A DNA stretch of 64,000 bases from Leucoraja erinacea (lineage: Eukaryota). A model generated the notes under the pieces. It searched no databases. It saw nothing but the letters and a program-made list of their open reading frames with translations, and had not been told where the DNA came from. Made by a program: the position numbers and the translations under genes. The stretch lies in the NCBI RefSeq assembly GCF_028641065.1, contig NC_073404.1:13454001-13518000 (forward strand), read 5' to 3'. This document shows, piece by piece, positions 1 to 11,600 of this stretch (within the stretch, counting starts at the first letter, position 1; every line of letters starts with the position of its first letter).

Positions 1-224
1 AGACATGGGGCAGTGATTCCCAGTGGTCAGTTGCCCCTCAGGTTCCTGGCGTGGGGGAGGGGTGCAGAGAACGAAATGGGACCCAGTGGGAGGGGGGGCG
101 AAGAAGGGATGAGTACTTTTTGTAACGTTGTCGGCAACTCTTTTGTGCACTTTGTATGCATAAACAAAGAATTTCACTGCACCTAGCAAGGTACAAATGA
201 TGAGAAAGTACCATCATGATCCCA

Positions 225-575
225 TAGATAGGCAAAGAGTGGATGTGGAAAGGATGTTTCCACTGGTGGGAGAGTCTAGGTCATAGCCTCAGAATTAAAG
301 GGCGCTCTTTTAGAAAAGATGTGAGGAGGAACTTCTTTAGTCAGACGGTAGTCCATCTGTGGAACTCATTGCCACAGAGGGCTGTGGAGGCCAAGTCAGT
401 GGATATTTTTATGGCAGAGATAGACAAATTCTTGATTAGAACGGGTGTCAAGGATTATGGGGAGAAGGCAGTAAAATGGGATTAGGAGGCAGAGATCAGC
501 CATGATTGAATGGCAGATGGACATCTATGGGCCAAATGACCTAATTCTACTCCTATAACTTGTGACCTTGTGAAT
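225..575 (+). mobile_element. CR1-clade LINE 3' fragment
   Basis: ORF2 C-terminus GHSLRIKGRSFRKDVRRNFFSQTVVHLWNSLP followed by the family 3' UTR. Confidence 0.8.
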
Positions 576-800
576 TCCATTCCAAACTGTATGGAGTTTG
601 TACTTTCTCCCTATGACCGTGTGGGTTTTCTCCTGGTGCACCGGTTTACTCCCACACTCCGAAGACATAGAGATTAATTGGCTATAGACACAAAATGCTG
701 CAGTAACTCAGCGGAACAGGAAGCATCTCTGGATGGAAGGAAAGGGTGACATTTCGGGTCGAGACTGCACCCATTCCTTCTATCCAGTGATGCTACCTGT

Positions 801-1530
801 TCTGATTCAGATTCAATTTTAATTGTCATTGTCAGTGTACAGTACAGAGACAACGAAATGCATTTAGCATCTCCCTTGAAGAGCGACATAGCAAACGATT
901 TGAATAAAAAATAATAAGTGCCATAAGTTGCCATACCATACTGTGATGCAGTTGGTAAGGATGCTCTCGATGGTGCAGCGGTAGAAGTTCACCAGGATCT
1001 GAGGAGACAGATGGACCTTCTTCAGTCTCCTCAGGAAGAAGAGACGCTGATGAGCCTTCTTGATCAGAGTAGAGGTATTGTGGGTCCAAGAGAGGTCATC
1101 GGAGATGTTGACTCCCAGGAATCTGAAGCTAGAAACACGTTCCACCTCCGTCCCGTTAATGTGGATGGGGGTGTGCGTGCCGCCTCTGGACTTCCTGAAG
1201 TCTACAATGAGCTCCTTGGTCTTCTTGGAGTTAAGGGCCAGGTTGTTGTCAGCGCACCATGCTGCTAAGTGCTGGACCTCCTCCCTGTAGGCCAGCTCAT
1301 CGTTGTTGCTGATGAGGCCAATCACCGTTGTAGCATCTGCATACTTGATGATGGTGTTAGTACCATGTACAGGTGTGCAGTCATAGGTGAAGAGGGAGTA
1401 GAGGAGGGGGCTCAGCACACAGCCCTGAGGAACGCTGGTGTTCAGGGTGAGGGTTGAAGAGGTGTGCTTGTCTAACCTCACAGACTGGGGTCTGTTGGTT
1501 AGAAAGTCCAGTATCCAGTTGCAGAGGGAG
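801..1530 (-). mobile_element. Rex1/Babar-type LINE RT fragment, internally deleted, inserted into a Penelope terminal repeat
   Basis: ORF 864-1481: [18 protein letters not shown]...[12 protein letters not shown]...[11 protein letters not shown]...[12 protein letters not shown]; TCTGAA-type tail at 801-815; host repeat resumes near 1535. Confidence 0.85.
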
Positions 1531-2239
1531 GGACTCTGCTGAGTTACTTCAGCATTTTGTGTCTATCTTCTGCAACGTGTCCCAAGTGTGTCGGATAACG
1601 CTGGTTGGAATGGACTCGGTGGGCCGAAGGGCCTGTTTCCACATGGCATCTCGAAGTCTAAAGACTCCATTCGTGCAGGCAGCGGTGAGAATCATCATCG
1701 ATGTCCACCTTCACTAAGAGGTGGTTTTGGAGATCTTATAATTGTCCATGTTTCACAAGGTCCCACTGTGAATTTCTACAGTTCAGTGTGTGAACTGTAG
1801 AAGGGTCTCGACCCGAAACGTCATCCGTTCCTTCTCTCCAGAGATGCTGCCTGTCCCACTGAGTTACTCCAGCACGTTGTGTCTATCTACAGTCAGATAG
1901 CCGAGTTGTTCAGCAGGGGCAGGCTGCCTTTGGTCTTGTGGATGTCGAGTGAAAGGCCCATTCTTCTCGTGCAATTAACGAGCGAGCGATATCTGGGAGC
2001 TCAGACTCCAAGAGCACACAATGCAAATGCCGTCTGCACCATACAGCTCCACCATTGGGGCGACTGTGGCTGGGAGAATGGAGGTGGAGGGTCCTAACCT
2101 GGGCAGTGGCATCGCCAACTAGTGACAATCTCCCGGCACTGAACTTGTTTATGCTCGTTTATTATATTGTTTACAGTACTATATTTACATATTCTGTTGT
2201 GCTGCTGCAAGTAAGAATTTCCTCGTTCTATCTGGGACT

Positions 2240-2600
2240 CTGTGACTCTGGAAGCGAACGGCGGAATCAACCTGCGCCTCCCGCACGGTTTCTGCTCTCT
2301 CTCCCTGCGACCAGAAACAGGGAGACGACGCGGCTGCTGAGGTTGCGGCGCCCGCCCGCCCGGCAGCGGGTCCTCCAGCATCCCAGAGTGCAGCGCGGAC
2401 TGTCATGGAGAGCGGCGTGGCCAAGCAGGAGCCGCACCGGCCCGGCAGCTTCAACCAGCCCAAGAAGACGCACAAGGCCGGGCGGCACCGCAGCAAAGGC
2501 GCGGTGGAGCGGACGAGCAGAGGTACCGGAGGCTTTGGGTCCACGGCGCCCGCAGGACGGCAGGAACTCGCCTCCCTCCCCCCAGTCCCGGCTCTACCGG
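2240..2600 (+). promoter_or_regulatory. CpG island / TSR1 promoter and 5' UTR
   Basis: GC- and CpG-dense block around the start codon in otherwise CpG-poor DNA. Confidence 0.7.
2405..2522 (+). CDS. TSR1: TSR1 exon 1
   Basis: ATG in CpG-rich DNA; [39 protein letters not shown]; donor G|gtaccg. Confidence 0.9.
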
Positions 2601-5600
2601 CTGGACCCCCCCCAAATGCCCAGCTTTCCCATCATCACACTATCCCCCCCCCCCCCCACACACCAGCAACCCCCTCCCCTCCAATCCCCAACCCCCCTCT
2701 CCCATTCAAATCCCCAACCCCTCTCCCTTCCCCCAACACAACCAGCGAACACCCCGTGCCCAACACAACACCTGGTCTTCTCCAGCACCATCTTCCCCTG
2801 CATCTTCCCCTGAGCACCCCATGCCGTCCCTTCCTTTCCCATTGATACCTGGCTCCCACTTTCCCCCTCCCACAACACTTAACAACTGGTAGACACAAAA
2901 TGCTGGAGTAACTCGGCGGGACAGGCAGCATCTGTGGAGTGACGTTTTGGGTCAAGACCCTTCTCCAGAATTTCTTCTCCAGACTCTGGTTTGAACACTT
3001 GGTTATAGCTCCTCCATGCCCCAACACTCAGCCCCTGCATTGCCTCCTCTTCCCCGCCCCCTGGTTTCCACATTCTCTTCCTGTCCAGCTCCCCCCGGCT
3101 CCGTTTTCCAGTGCTGGGGTCATTGGCTGACTCTATGCTCCATCACAGGGAGAGTCGATGTGAAGATCATCAGCAAGAAACTGAAGAAGGAGCTGAAGAA
3201 ACATGACAGGAGACACCAAGCCAGCCAGAGGCGTTTGCAGAGTCGGGAAACGGTGAGTCACCCTGTTCCCATCGACCCTGACCCTTCCCTCACCCACACT
3301 TGTACCTGTGGTGTCTGCTGGGTCTCAGAGGAAAAGAGGAAGTTTTACCTGCAATCCTACTGTTTACCAACATCAGTGCCACTGTCCCTTCCAATCAGGG
3401 GAGAGAGAAATTGGAGGAAGAAACGGCAGACATTTTATTGGAACAGCCACATGAATTCCACAGTTCCAAGAATAGGTCAGAGGTTGGGGACCCTGTGATG
3501 GGCGATCACCATTTGACATCCCTAATGTGATGGAACGCTCTTTACTTGCTTGGATGCGTGCAGTTTTACTCATTTGGGTCTGATCATCGTGTTGCATGAA
3601 GTATGTGAAGATTTGGAGATGGCAGTTCACCAGGACTAGGGGGTATTAGCCATAAAGAGAAGTTGAATAAACATGGATTTTTTTCCTCTGCAGTGTTGGA
3701 GGCTGAGAGGAGACCTGATAGAAGTATATAAAATGATGAGAGGAACAGATAGGATAAACAGTAGAACATTTTTCCAGGGTGGAAATATCAAGGACTGGAA
3801 GGTATAGCTTTAAGGTAAGGGAAGGGTGGGGTTAAAGCAGATGTGCTGGGCTTTTTTTTGCAGAGTGGTGGGTGTGTGGAACGTGCTGCCAAGGGTGGTG
3901 GTAACGGCAGATGCAATAATGGCATTGAAGAAACATTTATATAGGCACATGAACAACCAGAGACCAGAGGGATGTTGACCATGTGCGGGCAGATGAGGCT
4001 AGTTGTTGTCATGGTTGGTGCAGAAACAGAGAGCCTGTTCCTGTGCTACACTATTCTGTGTTCTAAGCTCCACACCATTCAGGACAAGCACCCACTTGAC
4101 TGGCACTGCATTCACCATCCTAAATGTTAATTCTCACTAACACCGCTGGCCACCCAAGGCTGCACCACAGATACTCATCCCAGCTACTCCGACAGCACTT
4201 CCCAAACCCATCATCTCCTCCACCGAGGATGAGCAATTGGTGGATGGGAACATCAACTCGTACTCCCCTCCAAGTTGCGTGATCCCAATGGGAATATGAT
4301 GGCATTACCTCTTCACCATTTGGGTCTAATTCCTGGAACTCCCTCACTGCCAGTGGTAAGATTATGGTGGTTTGCCCCCACCTCTTGAAAGATATTGTAG
4401 ACCTTGTTGCTGATTTCCAAATAAAGAAAGAGTCTGGGAATAGATCCTAGCGAATCTGTATTGTGCCCTGTCCGTGGCTAGTATTCCTTCTCAGAACCAA
4501 ACACATGATTCACCGGGATGGTGCCTGAGAAGCAGTAACTGGACAGGTTTGGTTTATTCTCACTGCTGTGATTGTGATTGTTATCGCCCTCTCATTCTGA
4601 GGGGCATAGATAGGACACAAAGAGTCCTTTTCCTATAGTTGGGGAGCCTGGAACTAGAGAGCACAGGTTGAAGTTGAGAGGATAGAAATTTAAAATGTCT
4701 TGTCCTTCACACAGACAGTGATGGTTATCTGGAATGAGATGTCAGAGAAGTGGTAGAGAACGATACAGTTCTGTTTTAAAGATCTTTGGGCAGGTAATTG
4801 GATTGGAAAGGAATGGATACATATGGGCCTGATACAAGCAAATTCGATCAGAGTTGATGAGCATCCCAGTTGGCCAGAATGAGTTGGGCTGGTTTCTGTG
4901 CTGTACGATTCTGCTTCTGTGATAAGAATCCAGGTTTGAGTGTGCCAGAATTCTACATCAGTGAAGCTTGCAAGGTATCGAGTTCAACACGTGAGGTGTA
5001 GCCATTCCTTCCTACTGCAGGTGCTGGCTGAGAAGCGGAGTCTGGGCAGTCGAGATGGGCCACCTCACCTAGTGGCGGTGATCCCGCTGCACGGTGGCAT
5101 TAGTGCCCAGGGCGCCCTGCGGCTGATTCGCAGCGATGAGGCAGCTAGCGTGTTCAACAGCGATGAGAGTGGCGAGAGCTTTGGCTTGGTTTCCAGCCGG
5201 TTCAAGCGGAGGTTTTACTTCATCCGAGTGAACGCAGGTGAGCGGCTTCACGGTCCTGTCCTGGGTGGGTTTGTGAGTGGGGCGGATGGAGCTACCATAG
5301 TTGCCATGGGGAGACAACAGATGAGGCCGAGGATAAGAAATCAGGCAGCAACTGCCTGCTCCACTCACCGGGTTAGAACTGGGACTGGTAGTTCCCTCAG
5401 AGCTGTATGTACATGGAATGAACATGGCCATCATCCATATTATCAAGCAATTTATTCTGGGTCACATTGTGATTAGGGAGTAAATGGGTAAGGGATTAAG
5501 GAGGTGTAAATGTGGGGAACTCTGATCAAAGGCTGGGGTGGTGGGGTCAGTTTGTATGTTGAAGACGGAGAGCAAGTGTAGAGTTGTGGTGCAGTGAGCA

Positions 5601-8600
5601 ATGTTGTAGCGGTGGCTCAATGGGCTGTACATCCCTTTTGGTTTTGATATTCATATCTTTTTGTTCCCTTTTAGGTGATATTCATGCAGTTCTTGACCTG
5701 GCCAAGGTAGCAGACACGCTGCTGTTTGTACTTGATCCCTATGAGGGTTGGGACAGTTACGGGGACTTCTGTCTCTCTTGCGTATTTGCTCAAGGCTTAC
5801 CCAGCCATGGTATGTGGTTTCAGTTTCCATTGGCTATCAGGGCGCGCCGAGTCATGGTGTCATTGAGCTGTGTTATATGAACACAGGCCCTTCAGCCCAC
5901 TTTGTCCAAGCTGGCCAATTTGGCAAGTGGGGCTACTAGTCCCATATGCCTGCATTTGGCCAATATCCCCCTCAACCTTTCCTATCCATATGAGATCCAT
6001 ATCTGTCCAAATGACTTAAAAGTTGTAATTGTATCTGCTTCCATAGCTTTCTCTAAGAAATGTGGGTGTGCAATCATTTTCTACTAGATTAGTGATCTGG
6101 AATCAAATGTGCAAATGGCAAAATTATAGTTTTGGACATTTAATCTTTTTTACTTTTGTTTAAAAGTAAACATTATGTAATGAGCCAATGAACTGTAGAT
6201 ACAACCTAGAAGCAACAAACACGAAGTGCTGGAGGAACTCAGTGGGTCAAACAGCATCTGTGGAAGGAATGGACAGATGATGTTTCAGGCTGGGATCCTT
6301 CTTCAGACTGATTGTGGTAAAACTTGTTTGGTCTTTGCTTTTGGGGATGTTTATCTTCTCCTATTACCTGGTTTAGAGGGAGTTTGCAGCATTGAACCCA
6401 GTCCCAACAGGACAGCGTTTAATAGCTTACACAAGTCTTAGGTGACCTGCTGGCTGCTGTCAGGAGGAGTGGGGAGTGGTTGATCCTACACCTACAACTA
6501 ACTGTTATTTTGCAGTGTTTGTGGTTCAGGGAGTTAACGACCTTCCCATCAAGAAGCGGGCAGAGGCCAAGAGGAACCTGAGCAAGATGCTGGAGCGCCG
6601 GTTCCTGGATGCCAAACCCTTTCACCTGGACACCGAGCAGGAGGCCACGCTGGTCATCAGGCACATGGCCATGCAGAAGCAGAAACATCTGACCTTTCGA
6701 GAACGTCGCTCCTATTTACTGGCTCAGCATGTGGCTTTTGAACCAAACGAGGAAAGTGGTCTGGTGGGAACGCTGAAGGTGTCCGGTTATGTCCGAGGGC
6801 AGAATCTGGATGTCAACAAGCTGGTGCACATTGTGGGACACGGGGACTTCCAGATGAGCCAGGTCGATGGGCCACCTGACCCCATGCCCATGAACCCTAA
6901 GGTTACGAAGAAAACACCCGGTGCTGAGGTGAGAGTGAGTTGCAGGATCTGCGAAGCACGGGGGGAGGGATGGGGGGATATTCAGCCCATGGAGCAGGTG
7001 CTAGCCCTTCAGAAGAGCCCTCTGATCAGTGCCACTTCCTGCATGTTTACCCTTTCTGCTCCTTGCTTAGTTCTCTTTCAAAATCTGTGGAACCTGCAGG
7101 AAATGTATTCCTGAACGGAACAGCTCACTGAAGAAGCCGCTTTCAGCTCGTGTTTTTCGTGTTTTCTTCTGATCAAGGAGGAAGCCACTCAACCCATTGA
7201 GTCTATGTCGACTCGCCGAGTAGCCTCAGGTCCCCTTCCCAACATTCTGTAACCAGTCCCATCTCACATCAACATCTCCCAATTCTTCGTCCATCTATGG
7301 GGCAGTTAACTTGCCAATGAGCTTGTCTGTTAGATGAGGGGGAGGAAACCCATGCGGCCACAAAGAGAACATGCAAATTCCACAGAGATAGCACCAGAGA
7401 TCAGGACTGACCTTGGCTCTCTGAAGCAGCGAGGTAGCAGCTCTACCTGCAGCATCAGGGTGCCACGTTTGTCCACTGTATTTCCGACTGTAATTACATA
7501 GGGAATGCAACACGGAAACAGGCCTAACCAGTGCATGCAGACATTTAAGATCCATTGATGCTTCCTGCAATCTTTCCTCCACTAAATCTGTCCGTGTGAT
7601 CTGGTCAATGGAATTGAGATGGCTTTTCTTTGCTGTTGTATTAATTCATGTTGGTCAAATCAGGTTGAGTTTACTGTCATATGCACAAGTACATGAGCTG
7701 GAGGTGGAGTGAAAAACCTGCTGGCAGCACACAATGACAATTGATTCTGTCGGCACACCAAGTCAAAAGTCACACATATCAGTGAAAAGAAAAGACTACA
7801 ATCAATAAGACTTCAACCTTTGTACAAACGTTGATATTTGAAAAGCGGTCCATGATTCTGAACCCCTCTATAAGTCTCACCTCAAATTTTGTACCTTCCC
7901 CTGCAGCTGATGTCTGGGTACTTTCAAGAGAGAGCTGGATAGGGCTCTTAAAAATAGCGAAGTCAGGGGATATGGGGAGAAGGCAGGAACGGGGTAATGA
8001 TTGGGGATGATCAGCCATGATCACATTGAATGTCGGTGGTGGCTCGAAGGGCCGAATGCCCTACTCCTGCACCTATTGTCTATTGTCTATTGATGTCCTA
8101 CTTCCTTGTGACTGCTGTGGGAAATATGGCAAATGTTTAGTATCAGTGCTGGTCCGTCTCCCATAGTAATACCCAAGACAAAATGTGGTCCTGATTGTAT
8201 GCCAGGAAGTAGTTGGGTAAGGGCCGTACATTACATTCACTTGTTGCTCCAGAAGATGTATATTTTTGTATTACCAATGTGTATGTTCATTTGCAATTAA
8301 AGCATTAAATGTCACATTGTAATGACACCCTATCACTAGTGTTGATGCAGTGTCTGCATTAGTCGGAGAGTTATTATAGTTATTATTGGTGACTCGGCCA
8401 CATTTTGCTCTCTGGGTGAAGTCATTGTAAATGAGAAATGCTGGTAGTTCTGGGGTGTGCATGATCCTTTCCAATAATTAGGCTCCTTTCTGATTATAGG
8501 AGCTTGTTGCTGAGATGGAAGAAGATTTGAAGGTTCTCATGAAAGCGGATTCCAGCAAGCAGGAATCGCTGGAGACGGAGGTGGTTCCAGACCCGATGGA

Positions 8601-11600
8601 AGGGGAGCAGACCTGGCCAACAGATGAGGAACTGAGAGAGGCCGATGGTGCGTACTAGTCATTCTCCAGTAAAAATACCAATACCAAGACCACCCCTCAG
8701 CAACCATGCAGAGTTAAGCATTTCCTAACAATGCACTGTTGGCAAGGGCAGCATTTAATGCCCATCCCTCAATGATCTTGCAGAAGTGGTGATGAGTCCC
8801 CTCTTTAATCTCCGCAGTCCTTCTGGTGAAGGTGTTCTCACAACACTGTCGGTGAGACATTTAGAGGATGTAGACACAGCGATGGTCAATGTCCTATCAG
8901 CAAAGCACAAAGTGATGAAGAAACCCAGCAGGTCAGGCATCATCTGTTAGTTACAGAAAAGTGCAGATTAAAATAAAGTGCAAATTTCACAATGTGGTAG
9001 GTTGGAAGATTGTGACTAGACCCTAGCTTATGTGAGGACGGTACAGCAGCGGTCCTTGATTATGTTAGCTGCCTTTCGGAGCTAGCATGAAGTGTAGATG
9101 GAGTCGATGGTGGGGAGGCTGGTGGTGTGATGAACTAGGGGTTAGATCTCAATGTTGGGCTCATCAACAGCACACACAGTTTCAAGAATTAAGTTAGTTT
9201 GGAACTTCAATCTGCCTTCTAATTCTGCTGAATAGACTCATCCAGTCATGCAGCATCCATGGTGCAAGAAACACTGAACATGATCGTGAAGAATAGAATT
9301 CAAATACTGATAGAATCTATGAAAATCACCACTTGCAGAAATCTGAAACTGCTGGAAACATTCAGCAGGTCAGTCAGTAACTGTGGAATGCAAAATCGAG
9401 TTTAAGGTCGAAGACTACCGTGTGAAATAGACAATCAATAATCATTAATGCTGTTGCCTTATTTATTGGAGCTGGTATGGCAGAGCAGTCCTGTAGGCTC
9501 TTGTACTACAGAACTGCGTGTGCTTCTGTCTCCCACTCAGCTTTACCACATGAGTTTTTAACGGAAAGTCATAAAATACTCCCCTCAGGATATCAATAAC
9601 AGATTTATGAAGAGTTAACATATTTGTGCCTGATGGTCAGTTTGATTATTTCATCCCTGCGTCTCAGTGGTGATTCAGACAGACAATCTTTACCTCGATC
9701 TCTTCTCTGGGGTACATCACAGCAGCCGAGCTTTGAATTCCTGCTTTGGAAGTGAGGAGGCTGTGCTCCTTGATTCGAATCCTTGATGCTATCAATGTCA
9801 CTTCTGTTCCATTCTGCTTTAGAGGCATTAAAGGCAAACAAGAAGATTGTTCGGAGAGTCCCAAAAGGCACGTCGGACTACCAGGCTGCGTGGATCCTGG
9901 ACGATGAGGAAGGGGAGGATGAGGAGGAAGAAAGTGATGATGATGATGATGATATGGAGGGGCAAGACCTGATAGGGGAGGCAATGTCGCAGGTGAGTAA
10001 CGTTTGGATGTATCATCTGTATTGTCTGGAATTGCTAACCCAGCTCTGAAGTCAGAAGACGGTGCATTTGTGCTGTGCTTTCCCCTGGTGCCAGAGAGCT
10101 GTATTACATTTCTCCTTGCCCTAGGCGGCACGGTGCCGTGGCGGTAAAGCTACTGCCTTACAGCGCCAGAGACTCGGGATCGATTCTGACCACGGGTGTT
10201 TGTCTGTACAGAGTTTTACGTTCTCTTTGTGACTTGCATGGGTTTTCTCCCAAGATCTTCGGTTTCCTCCCGCACAAAGTTGATGTACATGTTTATAGGT
10301 AAATTGGCTTGGTATAAATGTAAAATTGTCCCTAGTGTGTATAGGGGGTAGTAATAATTTGCATGAATCGCTGGTTGGTGCAGACTCAGTGGGCCACATT
10401 GTATCTCTAAACTAAACTAAACCTGGGGCAGTACTGTCCGTGTGGCTGAGTGTACCGTGTCAGGTTGCTGTAAGAGTGTGGTGCAAGAATGTGGCATTCC
10501 TGAACAATGAAGTTCAGGTACATGGGAACACCCTCATTAACAGGTTCCCTTCCAAGTTACACATCCTCCGAGACAGATGATATTTTGAGTTGGGGGCCCT
10601 TCTTCCGAATTGAAGCATAACGGCAGAGTCAAATTCAAACAGTGGTAAGATGGCAGACATTGTCTTGTAGAGGGTGCATTGGTGTGTGGATCCAGGAAAT
10701 AAACATTCAGATCAGAAAAGCAAGCCTTATGTTTGCAAATGTGTGAAGAAGTCTTGCTGGGATTGTCCATGGCTTTACTGAGACCACTTTTAGAAGAGTG
10801 TGTGCATTTTGCTGCTAGTTTCTAGTGAAGCATAGATGAAGCGCCAGTGCGCCCAGGTGTGAACACTGTCAACGGTCTGCACCAGAATATGAAAAGATTG
10901 CCATTGAGCTAAAAGAAAATGATCCTCCTATTCCAGTTGCCAAAGTTGATGGCACATCACAAGCTGGTTTGGGCCAAAGGTTTTATATTGGTATGCACCC
11001 CACGCTCAAAATTGTGAAAAATGGACAGCCAATTCATTATAAAGGAACATTGGACAAAGATGGTAAGAACATACTCTAATCATTTGGTCTCATTAACTGT
11101 TTATAAAATGTGCTTGTTAATAGTGGCTAACTGAAGTTACCAGTGAAGCCTATGAATGTGGGCTAATCTTATACATTAATCATAGAAGCAATCCCTTGCT
11201 TTTACCGCTAGTTAATTGTTGTACAATTCTTTTGTGTTATCTTATGCAAAGGAAAGTTATTTTGCTATAGTAATCTTCGAGATTAATGTTTTTAAATTCT
11301 TAATTTAGTAACCCCTACTGGTTAATTTCCCCATGATTTTTACACTTTCCAAGCAAGGTCAATAAATGTTTAACTTGAGCACCTCTTTTTGTGTTGAGGA
11401 CACTAAAGAGTTGACACGTGGTATTCCAGTTCCTTAATGCTTAATATGATGACTTTTACAGATGTTACTTAATACACCTTTATTATAGTTATGATCCTTC
11501 AGTGGAATTTCTTGTTTGTTTGTGCCATGAGCTAATGTTTCAAGAACTATCAATACACCTGAGCATGAATAGAGGTGAAATTGATGTTAGGTTATAAATG

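Noticed and set aside
2055-2845. Long overlapping ORFs (252 aa, 146 aa and antisense) around TSR1 exon 1
   Set aside because: Stop-poor CpG island and C-rich DNA; only 2405-2522 is coding.
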